Below, one piece after another: positions 1 through 8,891 of a stretch of DNA of 17,333 nt. Location of the stretch: assembly GCA_041562555.1 (NCBI GenBank), contig JBFEXS010000037.1:1-17333 (forward strand), in the 5' to 3' direction. The notes under the pieces are model-generated. The model was not told the DNA's origin and did no database searches. It saw nothing but the letters and a program-made list of their open reading frames with translations. This stretch comes from Sulfurimonadaceae bacterium (lineage in GTDB: Bacteria > Campylobacterota > Campylobacteria > Campylobacterales > Sulfurimonadaceae). Position 1 is the first letter of the stretch, and each line of letters begins with the position of its first letter. The position numbers were made by a program, and so were the translations under genes.

Positions 1-1003
1 CACTGATATGCTCCAGGCTTTCATTCACAAAGGCTCTGATAAGCATCTGTTTGGCTTTATCTTTAGGGATGCCTCGCGAACAGAGATAGGAGAGTGCTTC
101 TTCGTCAAGTTCACCTACTGTCGAACCGTGGGATGCAGTGAGGTCATCACTGTATATCTCCAGATGAGGTTTAGAGTGAATCTGTGCCTTGGTATCAAGG
201 AGTAGCGCATGGGAGGCCTGTAACACCTCAGAGGCTTTCGTCCCTTTCTCAATGGTACTTCGTGCATCAAAGACACAGGTGCTTTCATCCTTGAGAACCT
301 GCTTTGAGAGGATATGACTATAGGCTTTATCACTCAGGTGTCGGACCTTACAGGCAAAGATGTTTTTTTGGCGGGCTTCACTCAAAAGCAAGGCATTGAT
401 ATGGCAATTACTCTTATAATGCAGGTCCGTGTCCAAGATGCTGTGCAAATATTCCCCGTGTCGCAGAAGTGAAAAGTGTTCCAAACGGCTTTTCTCTCCT
501 TGATAGACGTGGGTTTGCAGGATCAGGACGGCTGTAGACTCCAGATCGACTCTCTGCGTCTGAATAAGGGTGGCATCAGGTTCAAGTTTGATTCCGATTT
601 TTTCAGAGGCGAAAGCACCCTCGGCCCCGCTGAAAGAGATGAACAATGTTATTCTGACACCGCTTTGAAGTAGGATATGCAAACCTGATTCGACGTAACA
701 GGCTTTGGAATAGTGTATGTCGATGTAGAGATCTGCATCTTCAAAGCAGTTCAGTTCCAGCTGTTTTTTCGTTTGCTTGAGATGGATGCTTTCAGGCAGG
801 TCTACAGTGATCGCTTGATTGTCTATAATCTCTATATTTGGATTATCATCAGGTAAAGATCTCCTATCAACATCGTGACTGGCTAAAGGATATGCTGTGT
901 CAAGATAGCGATGGAGATCGGCCAGACGCCACGCTTCTTCTGATTTATGGGGGACATGATTAAAATGTCCCGAGTTCTGTATATGTTCACGTAGCGAGTA
1001 CAT
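1..1003 (-). CDS. sufD: Fe-S cluster assembly protein SufD (3'-partial, runs off the left edge of the window)
   Basis: Missing from the ORF track because there is no stop in the window. Manual translation from ATG at 1003 (GAGG SD upstream, 17-nt overlap with the end of sufC) is open to position 1: MYSLREHIQ...PHKSEEAWRLADL...SKPHLEIYSDDLTASHGSTVGELDEEALSYLCSRGIPKDKAKQMLIRAF. These are the SufD N- and C-terminal signatures, and the gene follows sufB-sufC. Confidence 0.93.
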   Translation of the reverse strand, partial: MYSLREHIQNSGHFNHVPHKSEEAWRLADLHRYLDTAYPLASHDVDRRSLPDDNPNIEIIDNQAITVDLPESIHLKQTKKQLELNCFEDADLYIDIHYSKACYVESGLHILLQSGVRITLFISFSGAEGAFASEKIGIKLEPDATLIQTQRVDLESTAVLILQTHVYQGEKSRLEHFSLLRHGEYLHSILDTDLHYKSNCHINALLLSEARQKNIFACKVRHLSDKAYSHILSKQVLKDESTCVFDARSTIEKGTKASEVLQASHALLLDTKAQIHSKPHLEIYSDDLTASHGSTVGELDEEALSYLCSRGIPKDKAKQMLIRAFVNESLEHIS

Positions 1004-1727
1004 CTTCATATCCTCGGTGTTCTAACTCTTTTGCCAAGGAAGCATCGGCGCTTTTGACGATACGTCCCTGATGTAAGATATGTACGTAATCAGCTTTGAC
1101 ATACTCCAACAGGCGGTTGTAATGCGTTACGATTATCACGGATGTCTCATGGTCCAAGAGGGAATTGATACCTTTGGCAACAGATTTAAGGGCATCGATA
1201 TCCAGCCCCGAATCGATCTCGTCAAGCAAGATCAATTTAGGGCGGAGCATCATCATTTGAAGGATCTCGCTTTTTTTCTTTTCTCCTCCGGAGAATCCCA
1301 CGTTCACTGATCGCTGCAAGATGGCTTTGTCCATCTCTAAAAAGGAGATCTTCTCCTGCAGTTCTTTCATAAACTCAGGGGATGATATCTCCTCTTCCCC
1401 CTTTGCTTTTCGCTGCTCGTTCAAAGCAGTCTTGAGAAAGTAGATAGTATTCACTCCGGGGATTTCAATAGGGTTTTGAAAACTCATGAAGATCCCTTTG
1501 ATGGCCCGTTCGTCGGCACCGAGAGAAAGTATCTCCTCTCCGTCAAAGAGGAGTTGACCTTCACTTTTGGTCTCGTAAGAGCCGGCAATCGCTTTTAGAA
1601 GGGTGGATTTTCCAGTGCCGTTTAGTCCCATGATGACATGCACCTCTCCCTTCTTCACATCAAGGTCAACGCCTTGAAGAACTTCTTTGTTCCCGATTTC
1701 AACTTTCAAATCTTTGATTTCTAACAT
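987..1727 (-). CDS. sufC: Fe-S cluster assembly ABC ATPase SufC
   Basis: Walker A GLNGTGKST, Q-loop FQNPIEIPGV, signature GFSGGEKK, Walker B LLDEIDSGLDIDAL, H-loop VTHY. TAATG coupling to sufB. Confidence 0.97.
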   Translation of the reverse strand: MLEIKDLKVEIGNKEVLQGVDLDVKKGEVHVIMGLNGTGKSTLLKAIAGSYETKSEGQLLFDGEEILSLGADERAIKGIFMSFQNPIEIPGVNTIYFLKTALNEQRKAKGEEEISSPEFMKELQEKISFLEMDKAILQRSVNVGFSGGEKKKSEILQMMMLRPKLILLDEIDSGLDIDALKSVAKGINSLLDHETSVIIVTHYNRLLEYVKADYVHILHQGRIVKSADASLAKELEHRGYEDVLAT

Positions 1728-3157
1728 TATCCGACACTCCCTTCAAGTGTGAGACTAAGGAGCGCTTTTGCTTCTACAGCAAACTCCATAGGCAGTTGAT
1801 TAAGTACCTCTTTACAAAAACCGTTGACAATCAAAGATATTGCCTGCTCCTCACTTAAGCCCCTGCTGCGGGCATAAAAAAGTTGCTCATCGGATATCTT
1901 GGATGTCGTTGCTTCGTGCTCGACTTGGGCACTAGGGTTTTTCACATCGATATAGGGGTAGGTGTGTGCAGCACATTGGGCCCCGATAAGTAGGGAGTCA
2001 CACTGAGTAAAGTTTCGCGCTTTTGACGCTTGAGGACGGATCTTTACAAGCCCTCTGTAGGCATTACTTCCTTTCATGGCGGAGATACCTTTGGAGATGA
2101 TCGTCGAACTGCTGTTTTTACCAAGATGGATCATCTTTGATCCTGTATCGGCCTGTTGGGCTAGAGAGGTGATGGCTACGGAGTAAAACTCCCCTCTGGT
2201 ATTGTCTCCCAGGAGAATGCATGAAGGGTATTTCCAAGTGATGGCTGCACCTGTTTCGACTTGTGTCCAGGAAATCTTGGAATTGTCTCCCAGGCATTTT
2301 CCCCGTTTTGTGACAAAGTTATAGATCCCGCCTTTGCCTTCCTCATCTCCGGGATACCAGTTTTGAATGGTCGAGTATTTGATCTCGGCATCTTTGAGTG
2401 TCATTAGTTCTACAACGGCGGCATGGAGCTGGTTCTCATCACGCATAGGAGCGGAACATCCCTCGTTGTAAGAGACATAGGCACCCTCATCGGCAATAAT
2501 CAAGGTACGTTCAAATTGCCCGGAATTGAGGGCATTGATACGAAAGTAGGTTGAGAGCTCCATGGGACATCTCACACCTTTTGGAATGTATGCAAAGGTC
2601 CCATCAGTGAAGACTGCAGAGTTGAGACAGGCAAAATAGTTGTCACCCACAGGGACGACAGAAGCCATATATTTTCGAACCAGTTCAGGGTGTTCTTTTA
2701 TCGCTTCGGAAATAGAACAGAAGATGATACCGAGTTCGTGCAATTTTTCAGAGAAGGTGGTTTTGACCGAGACAGAGTCGAAAACAGCATCTACAGCTAC
2801 CCCTGCGAGTATCTTTTGTTCTTCCAGGGGAATGCCCAAGCGTTCATATGTTTTCAGTATCTGTGGATCGACCTCTTCCAATGAAGCGGGATTCTTCTTC
2901 GGGGCGGAGAAAAAACAGATCTTCTGATAATCGATAGGTGGGTAATGTACATGAGCCCAAGTGGGTTCTTGCATATGTGTCCATTTCTCATAGGCTTTGA
3001 GCCTCCACTCAAGCATCCATTGGGGTTCTTCTTTCTGTTTTGAGATAAAACGGATGATATCCTCATTCAGACCCGGCGGGGCTTGTACGTTTTGTACATC
3101 TGTTTCAAATCCCAATGAATACTCTTGCGAGATGATCTTCTCGACTTCGGTCGACAT
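1727..3157 (-). CDS. sufB: Fe-S cluster assembly scaffold SufB
   Basis: SufB motifs [70 protein letters not shown] and LPMEFAVEA. Confidence 0.98.
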   Translation of the reverse strand: MSTEVEKIISQEYSLGFETDVQNVQAPPGLNEDIIRFISKQKEEPQWMLEWRLKAYEKWTHMQEPTWAHVHYPPIDYQKICFFSAPKKNPASLEEVDPQILKTYERLGIPLEEQKILAGVAVDAVFDSVSVKTTFSEKLHELGIIFCSISEAIKEHPELVRKYMASVVPVGDNYFACLNSAVFTDGTFAYIPKGVRCPMELSTYFRINALNSGQFERTLIIADEGAYVSYNEGCSAPMRDENQLHAAVVELMTLKDAEIKYSTIQNWYPGDEEGKGGIYNFVTKRGKCLGDNSKISWTQVETGAAITWKYPSCILLGDNTRGEFYSVAITSLAQQADTGSKMIHLGKNSSSTIISKGISAMKGSNAYRGLVKIRPQASKARNFTQCDSLLIGAQCAAHTYPYIDVKNPSAQVEHEATTSKISDEQLFYARSRGLSEEQAISLIVNGFCKEVLNQLPMEFAVEAKALLSLTLEGSVG

Positions 3158-3176
3158 CCTTTGCCCCTTCTATATG

Positions 3177-3205
3177 CTATATAGGACAATTATGGTCTTA
3201 TATAG
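3177..3205. promoter_or_regulatory. Palindromic operator upstream of sufB, resembling an IscR/Rrf2 type-1 site
   Basis: CTATATAGGAC-AATTATG-GTCTTATATAG, with 11-bp arms and one mismatch. The core 3179-3203 reads ATA-N3-GAC-N7-GTC-N3-TAT, the register of the IscR type-1 motif. It ends about 20 bp before the sufB ATG. Confidence 0.6.
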
Positions 3206-3263
3206 TTTTAACTTATATTAAAGGGGGGCTTCAGTTTTGAAAGTGAAGGATAAGTGAAGATTT

Positions 3264-4709
3264 TTAAGCGCGTCTGCTCAGATAAAGATGGTGTATATAG
3301 ATGATGAGAAAATTAAGTCCAAGTCCCAATACACCGGCATGAAATCCAAATGGCTTGTTATCAAGAGGTGAGAGTAAAAAAATCAGGGTAAAGCTTAAAC
3401 CCGCTGACAAGCCCGCAAGCAATGACGAGGCTCTGATCTGTTTAAAGTGCACCCCCAACATCACTGCCGGAGCAACCTGGCATAAGATCTCAAGTTTGAT
3501 CTGGATAAGCCACCAGATGGTTGAGGGAAGTGAAATGGCAAGATAGACCATTACGGCCATGAGTAGCCATGAAAACACCTTCCCGATGATAGTCAGCTGC
3601 TTTTGGGAAGCGTCGGGATAGTGTTGATGATAGATGTCTTGGGTAAAGAGTGATGCGATAGCGAGCATTGCTGAATCTACGGTTGACATGATGGCTGCAA
3701 CCGCTGCAGCCACAAAGAGGGTGATCACATAGTTCATACCTTCGATATGTGTTAATTTAGACAGCATCAACAGGATGATCTGCTCTGAAGAGGATTTGTC
3801 AAGATCCGTAAAATGGGCAGCTCCGACGATCGCAATGATAATAAGCGGAAGGGTTGTCAGCAGCGGCATAATGATCATCAGTTGAAAAGAACGCTTCAGT
3901 GTATGTGAATCTTTGGCGGCGTAGATACGCTGAATCGCCTGGGGATAGACAGAGATACCAAAAAAGATCATGATCAGGATACTGATCCATTGGATCTTGT
4001 CTGCAAGGAGAGGTGCCCGAAAAAAGTCTTTTTTCACCTGAAGCAAAAGTGTCTCATTGGATGCGATGGAACCGTATTGGACCCAGATTACTACAAAGAT
4101 GATGATGACACCGGCCAGGAGCAAAATACCTTGGATCGCATCGGTCCATGCCACCGAACGCATGCCGCCAAGACTTTCATAGATGACCATAATGACAGCC
4201 ATTGCGATGATACCTTCTGCAAAGCCTATACTCCCTCCGGTCACATGCTGTAAGATATAGCCGATGGCCTTAAGATTGGTCAGCATGTAATTTGAGAGTG
4301 CCAGGATACCGATAAAGACGATCATATTCGTCAGTAGACGATGATCATACCGGTGTCTTATATAGTCCCCGATAGTAATGAAATGGTGCTGTTTTGAAAG
4401 GGTATAAAGCTTCGGTGCATATAGCATATATCCGCCTACAATAGCGATCATAAAGGTGACGGAGACAAGAAAAAACCAGCCGTTTCGATAGGTGGAACCG
4501 GCAAAGCCGATGAGCGAATTTCCACTGTACTGGGTTGCATACATGGTCAGGAACAAGATACTCACACCAAAACCTGCACCGCCCAGGTAGAAGTCCTGCA
4601 TGGAGTTCTCTTTGGATTTGAGCATACCGATGACGCCTACACCAATGAGTGAAAGCAGATATAAAAGTAAGAAGAGAATCCCCTGGGTGTCGAGAAGTGC
4701 TCTATCCAT
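3264..4709 (-). CDS. Sodium:solute symporter family protein (PanF/PutP-like)
   Basis: Multi-TM protein with SSS motifs DFYLGG, ATQYSGNSLIGFAG, GGMRSVAWTDAIQG and AAIMSTVDS. Start moved from the track's TTG at 4739 to ATG at 4709, which overlaps the stop of the upstream small gene (ATGGATAG). Substrate not determinable. Confidence 0.9.
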   Translation of the reverse strand: MDRALLDTQGILFLLLYLLSLIGVGVIGMLKSKENSMQDFYLGGAGFGVSILFLTMYATQYSGNSLIGFAGSTYRNGWFFLVSVTFMIAIVGGYMLYAPKLYTLSKQHHFITIGDYIRHRYDHRLLTNMIVFIGILALSNYMLTNLKAIGYILQHVTGGSIGFAEGIIAMAVIMVIYESLGGMRSVAWTDAIQGILLLAGVIIIFVVIWVQYGSIASNETLLLQVKKDFFRAPLLADKIQWISILIMIFFGISVYPQAIQRIYAAKDSHTLKRSFQLMIIMPLLTTLPLIIIAIVGAAHFTDLDKSSSEQIILLMLSKLTHIEGMNYVITLFVAAAVAAIMSTVDSAMLAIASLFTQDIYHQHYPDASQKQLTIIGKVFSWLLMAVMVYLAISLPSTIWWLIQIKLEILCQVAPAVMLGVHFKQIRASSLLAGLSAGLSFTLIFLLSPLDNKPFGFHAGVLGLGLNFLIIYIHHLYLSRRA

Positions 4710-4875
4710 CGATACACTCATCATCAAAATCGTTTTCAATACTTAGAACAAGCACGCATGCATAGATCAGTGTCATGCATAAAGAAACCCATGCCCACAA
4801 CGGTACACCTGCATAGGGAGTGGAAGGAAGCAGTGGCGTGCTCAGCAACAAAAACAAAAAAGAGAGTTTATACAT
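4702..4875 (-). CDS. Small membrane protein, probable symporter partner (YhdT/DUF997- or DUF3311-like), 57 aa
   Basis: Not in the ORF track. MYKLSFLFLLLSTPLLPSTPYAGVPLWAWVSLCMTLIYACVLVLSIENDFDDECIDG*. AAGG SD, two hydrophobic segments around GVPLW, an acidic tail, and translational coupling to the SSS gene. Confidence 0.75.
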   Translation of the reverse strand: MYKLSFLFLLLSTPLLPSTPYAGVPLWAWVSLCMTLIYACVLVLSIENDFDDECIDG

Positions 4876-4897
4876 GTGCTACCTTGTAAAAATGACA

Positions 4898-5623
4898 TTA
4901 TAACGAAGTCCAAAACTCCATCGGATCAGGGTGTATGAACCGGTACTCAAGCATATCGATGATCTTTTCAGATGAGACAATACGGTGTGACATCCCCTTA
5001 AAACTCCCCGGTTCGAAGCCCAAACGCTTTGCATTGCTATTATGTACCTCAGAACGTAAAGGGTGTTCGGGCGCGACAAGATTGAACGTACCTTGGCGAA
5101 CTTGATGTCGAATCAGTGTTTGGATGATGTTGATTACATCCTCTTTATGAATGTAGTTCACCGGCCCGTCAGTGAACTCAGAAGCCGATTTCCATCTTCC
5201 TGCGATACGATCATCTCCCATAAGTCCCCCCAGGCGCAGGACAACTACATTCGGGTGTCTCTTTTGTAGAAATGTTTCCGCTTCCACAAGCATAGACGGA
5301 TGGGTGATTTTCACTGTCTCATCGACTTGGGCATCATATTCCTTATAGACAGAAGTGGAACTCGTAAGGAATATCGTCGTATCAGGGTGAATCGCATCAC
5401 TGATCTGCTTAAGGGTATGAAGATAGTTGTCACGGGTAGAGATAGCGATAATGAGGTAATCGCAGAGATAAAAAGAGTCCTTTTTTTTGGGATTAAGATG
5501 ATAATCCAGCAGGTCGTCTTTTGGAGCGCTTCGTGTAAAACAGCGTACAGCATATGTTCTTGCAAGCTCAAGAGCAAGGGGCTTTCCCAGCCAACCACAT
5601 CCGATAATACTGATTTTTTCCAC
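4898..5623 (-). CDS. NAD(P)-dependent epimerase/atypical SDR (YeeZ-like)
   Basis: GTG start. N-terminal Rossmann motif IIGCGWLG, plus SSTSVY, VLRLGGLMG, VNYIHKED and FNLVAP. Confidence 0.82.
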   Translation of the reverse strand: MEKISIIGCGWLGKPLALELARTYAVRCFTRSAPKDDLLDYHLNPKKKDSFYLCDYLIIAISTRDNYLHTLKQISDAIHPDTTIFLTSSTSVYKEYDAQVDETVKITHPSMLVEAETFLQKRHPNVVVLRLGGLMGDDRIAGRWKSASEFTDGPVNYIHKEDVINIIQTLIRHQVRQGTFNLVAPEHPLRSEVHNSNAKRLGFEPGSFKGMSHRIVSSEKIIDMLEYRFIHPDPMEFWTSL

Positions 5624-5665
5624 GCTTCGCCTTTATGCCTATTTTATAGGCTTAGTTTATAGGGC

Positions 5666-5689
5666 ATTCTAGCATCCCTATGCTACTAT
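5666..5689. promoter_or_regulatory. Back-to-back extended -10 promoters for the SDR gene and sirC-cobA
   Basis: TGcTACTAT on + at 5681-5689 and TGcTAGAAT on - at 5674-5666, between divergent genes. Confidence 0.55.
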
Positions 5690-5714
5690 ATGACTTAGAT
5701 TTAAAAGGAAACAC

Positions 5715-6281
5715 ATGTCCTATTTTCCCGCATTTATAAAACTTGAAACCACAAAGATTTTAATCGTCGGCGGTGGTGCTATTGCTTATGAGAAGTTGGA
5801 AAAACTGTTGGATTTCACCGATGATATTACAGTGATTTCCCAGGATTTGTCTGAGCAGATGAAGGAAAAGGTCCTCGAGTACGGACTCTCTTATGAGGTT
5901 CGACCTTATAAGGAAGGTGATGTCAATGGTTTTGATATAGTGATTATAGCCGTCGATGATATTCCTTTGCAGGCAAGGATCTACGAGGAGACACGATCCA
6001 TCCGATGCCTGTGTAATGCAGTGGACTCGGTGGCGTATTGTGATTTTATCTTTCCTTCTTATATCAAGGAAGATGACCTGACCATAGCGATCTCAACCTC
6101 GGGAACTTCGCCTGCCTTTGCCAAACATTTTAAGCACTATCTTAAAACATGCATCCCTGAAGGGGTCTGTGCATTTTTAAAGGAGATGAAGGATTTGCGC
6201 TCACGTCTGCCTAAGGGAAAAGAACGCATGAAGATCTTAGATGAAAAAGTTCAGGCATATATGAAGGAGTGGAACAACTAA
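5715..6281 (+). CDS. Precorrin-2 dehydrogenase / sirohydrochlorin ferrochelatase (SirC/Met8/CysG N-terminal type)
   Basis: YFPAF start, LIVGGGAIA NAD-binding loop, LCNAVD, CDFIFPS and IAISTSGTSPAFAK. AAGGA SD. Confidence 0.9.
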   Translation: MSYFPAFIKLETTKILIVGGGAIAYEKLEKLLDFTDDITVISQDLSEQMKEKVLEYGLSYEVRPYKEGDVNGFDIVIIAVDDIPLQARIYEETRSIRCLCNAVDSVAYCDFIFPSYIKEDDLTIAISTSGTSPAFAKHFKHYLKTCIPEGVCAFLKEMKDLRSRLPKGKERMKILDEKVQAYMKEWNN

Positions 6282-7012
6282 TGGTCTATTTAACAGGAGC
6301 AGGGCCGGGGGATATTGAGCTTTTGACGATAAAAGCATTGAGAGTGATCAAAGAAGCGGATGTCATCATCTATGATCATTTAGCCAATGCGGATATTCTC
6401 AAAGAAGCCAAAAACGGATGTGAGTTTGTATATGTCGGGAAGGAAGCGGGGCGTCATATCATGCCCCAAGATCAGATCAATGAAGTTCTTCACAAACATG
6501 CATTGCAATCAGATACCGTTGTACGTCTGAAAGGGGGAGACCCTTTTGTTTTTGGCCGGGGAGGGGAAGAGGGTGCATTTTTGCATGCCAAAGAGATACC
6601 CTTTGAAGTCATCCCCGGGATAAGTTCATCAGTGGCAGTCCCTGCCTATGCCGGTATCCCGGTGACCCATCGCGGTGTGGCAGTTTCCTTTCGCGTCATT
6701 ACGGGACATGAGTCACCGGATAAGGAAGTCTCCCAAATCCCTTGGGAAAGTTTCAAAGAGAATGAGACACTTGTCTTTTTGATGGGATTACATAATCTGG
6801 ACAAGATAACGGCTAAGTTAATGCAGATCGGTAAACCGGCTGATTACCCGTGTGCGGTCATATCCAAGGGGACGACTTCGGAGCAGCAGGTGGTCGTGGG
6901 ACGTTTGGATGATATCTATGAAAAGAGCAGGGAACTACCTCGGCCGGCATTGATCGTTGTCGGTGAGGTCGTCAGACTGCGTGAGCAGCTGCAGTGGTTT
7001 AAGCCGGCTTAG
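6281..7012 (+). CDS. cobA: Uroporphyrinogen-III C-methyltransferase
   Basis: VYLTGAGPGDIELLT, VRLKGGDPFVFGRGGEE, VIPGISS and AGIPVTHRG. The more likely start is ATG 6281 (TAATG overlap, AAGGAG SD at 6264-6269) rather than GTG 6269. Confidence 0.95.
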   Translation: MVYLTGAGPGDIELLTIKALRVIKEADVIIYDHLANADILKEAKNGCEFVYVGKEAGRHIMPQDQINEVLHKHALQSDTVVRLKGGDPFVFGRGGEEGAFLHAKEIPFEVIPGISSSVAVPAYAGIPVTHRGVAVSFRVITGHESPDKEVSQIPWESFKENETLVFLMGLHNLDKITAKLMQIGKPADYPCAVISKGTTSEQQVVVGRLDDIYEKSRELPRPALIVVGEVVRLREQLQWFKPA

Positions 7013-7641
7013 TTGAGCAGGGCTTCAAGCTCACTCAGCGTCTGAATATGATGGGTGGCTTTTGAGAAATCATGTGCCGTCGTGAAATGGTTATGTACTA
7101 TGGCACACTCAATACCGGCAGCATAAGCAGAATCAAGCCCCCGTTGAGAATCTTCGACGACAAGGGCTTCATGTTTTTCTCCTCCCAGAAGCGAAAGCCC
7201 TCTTAGATAAGGGTCCGGATAAGGCTTGGACCGCGGATATTCTCCACTGCATAATACAAATCTCATATGCTTAGTGATACCACGTTTGGCATGGATGAGT
7301 TCAAAATCCTCACGCCGCGCAGAGGTGACGATTCCCATGTGATAGTTTTGAGAAAGGGCTTCGAGGACTTCATTTACCCCTTTGATGGTAATATCCTCGG
7401 TACGAATATAGTGTTGGTAAAGTTCATTCCGCCTGTCTCTGGCCTGTTCGATGCTGATGGCATCAAACCCGGCTTCTTCTGCCAGGATAAAAGCACTTTT
7501 TCCTTGAATCATGATATCAAGATAACGCGATTCGTCCAGAAGGATTCCCATCGTCTTAAGCACTTCGACATTGGCCCTGAAATACCATTTTTCGGTCTCT
7601 ACCAGTACACCATCATTATCAAATAGGATATATTTTTTCAT
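7009..7641 (-). CDS. HAD-superfamily hydrolase/phosphatase (class IA, beta-PGM-like)
   Basis: Motif I FDNDGVLVET, motif II VTS, motif III SKPYPD and motif IV VEDSQRG. Confidence 0.9.
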   Translation of the reverse strand: MKKYILFDNDGVLVETEKWYFRANVEVLKTMGILLDESRYLDIMIQGKSAFILAEEAGFDAISIEQARDRRNELYQHYIRTEDITIKGVNEVLEALSQNYHMGIVTSARREDFELIHAKRGITKHMRFVLCSGEYPRSKPYPDPYLRGLSLLGGEKHEALVVEDSQRGLDSAYAAGIECAIVHNHFTTAHDFSKATHHIQTLSELEALLN

Positions 7642-7647
7642 AATGCC

Positions 7648-7667
7648 ATTATAGCTTATGTTAAAAT
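7648..7667. promoter_or_regulatory. Divergent -10 elements for the leaderless HAD gene and the small peptide gene
   Basis: TATAAT on - at 7653-7648, 6 nt before the HAD ATG. TGtTAAAAT on + at 7659-7667. Confidence 0.6.
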
Positions 7668-7690
7668 AGCAAAAAAAATCAGGATCAACG

Positions 7691-7786
7691 ATGGACTTTT
7701 GGGTATTGCAAGGGATGATGGCACTTTTAGGCTTTGGTGTGGCCCTGCTATATGTTGTATACAGACGAATGAAACGTAAAGAGTAG
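7691..7786 (+). CDS. 31-aa single-pass membrane peptide
   Basis: Not in the ORF track. MDFWVLQGMMALLGFGVALLYVVYRRMKRKE*. AGGA SD at 7681-7684, its own extended -10, one TM helix followed by a basic tail, and it fills the gap up to the convergent gene exactly. Confidence 0.65.
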   Translation: MDFWVLQGMMALLGFGVALLYVVYRRMKRKE

Positions 7787-8686
7787 TTACAATACCTTTA
7801 TACAATCACGACCGTCATTCTTCGCATAATACAAGGCTGCATCGGATCGGACAATCAATGTCTCTATGTCATCGGAGTTTTTAGGTGAAGTGATTCCCAT
7901 ACTACAGCTTAGGGTCGTTTGAATATCAAAGGCCTCAATGAGGTACTTGGGCAGATCAAGCCGTATCTTTTCCAAGAGTTTCTGACAGATGGTCTTTGCC
8001 GATTCTTTGTCTATATGCTGTAGGATCAACACAAACTCTTCTCCTCCCCACCGCGCAAAGAAGTCCCCTCTGCGTATATTGCAGCTGATCACTTCACAGG
8101 CCCGTTTAAGTACCTGGTCGCCAATAAGATGTCCATAGGTGTCATTAAAGAGCTTAAAGTGATCGATATCAATCATGGCAAGAGAAAAGTCTTTTTGGTA
8201 TCGATAGAAGTTGATCAGTTGCGTATGGAGCTCAAGATTGAACTTCCGTCGATTATAAATCCCTGTAAGCTCATCGACCAGGGAAAGCGCTTCACATTTT
8301 TTTTCCTGGGTGATGTTTTGTCTGATAGCAAGATAGCCTATCTTCTCATCATCCTTGTTATAATAGGGCTGGATAACACTTCTTATCCAATACGAATCGC
8401 CGTTTTTACGGATATTCTTGATCTGTCCTTCCCATATCTGATCATTGATAATGGTGTCCCAGAGTTGAGAATAGGTTTCCATAGGGAAATCGGGAGAACG
8501 TAAGAAGGCATGGGTCTTGCCGATGACTTCATGCTTTTGATATCCGGTCTCTTCACTGAAAGCAGCCGAGACATTTGTGATCAGCCCCTCCAGATCTGTA
8601 AGCGAGTAGTTGACCTGGGTGTCAAAAATATCGGGTAGATTGCTGTTAAGACATAGCAGATTGTTCTGAAGTTGAGGATGAATCAT
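7787..8686 (-). CDS. PAS-GGDEF diguanylate cyclase
   Basis: Aer/NifL-like PAS domain (FSEETGY...EVIGKTHAFLRSPDFP...LWDTI...WEGQIKNIRKNGDSYW). GGDEF domain with DELTGIYNRR, DIDHFKLFND, I-site RRGD and active site RWGGEEF. Confidence 0.93.
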   Translation of the reverse strand: MIHPQLQNNLLCLNSNLPDIFDTQVNYSLTDLEGLITNVSAAFSEETGYQKHEVIGKTHAFLRSPDFPMETYSQLWDTIINDQIWEGQIKNIRKNGDSYWIRSVIQPYYNKDDEKIGYLAIRQNITQEKKCEALSLVDELTGIYNRRKFNLELHTQLINFYRYQKDFSLAMIDIDHFKLFNDTYGHLIGDQVLKRACEVISCNIRRGDFFARWGGEEFVLILQHIDKESAKTICQKLLEKIRLDLPKYLIEAFDIQTTLSCSMGITSPKNSDDIETLIVRSDAALYYAKNDGRDCIKVL

Positions 8687-8835
8687 ATCTCAGCCTTTCA
8701 TCATATATGTATCTAGAGGACATCCGTTTTTTTCGCAGTCATCATAGATATATAAAATACCATGATTAAATTGTATATTAATAAGGTAAAAAAATTGTTA
8801 AGCCGGTGTGATATGCTTGGAGAAAGGAGAAGGTC

Positions 8836-8881
8836 AGGACCGGGTCCTAAAAGAAATGAGATTGATAATTCACTTCTTTTA
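8836..8881 (-). terminator. Hairpins downstream of the acidic protein gene (possible terminator or 3' structure)
   Basis: TAAAAGAA(8848-8855)/TTCTTTTA(8874-8881) imperfect stem starting 10 nt after the stop codon, followed by the palindrome AGGACC-G-GGTCCT (8836-8848). Confidence 0.35.
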
Positions 8882-8891
8882 TGTGAACAAA

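Noticed and set aside
4822..4833. GGAAGGAAGCAG, matching the conserved SRP RNA domain IV motif
   Set aside because: The required upstream CAGGUCC pairing partner is absent, and the stretch is the antisense of the small membrane protein ORF.
5715..7012. Possible frameshifted (pseudogenised) fused cysG
   Set aside because: The second ORF has its own AAGGAG SD and a TAATG coupled start, and both halves look complete. Separate SirC/Met8 and CobA proteins are common.
8852..8870. Fur-box-like sequence
   Set aside because: Only 11 of 19 positions match the E. coli consensus in AT-rich DNA, and it is better explained as part of a 3' hairpin.
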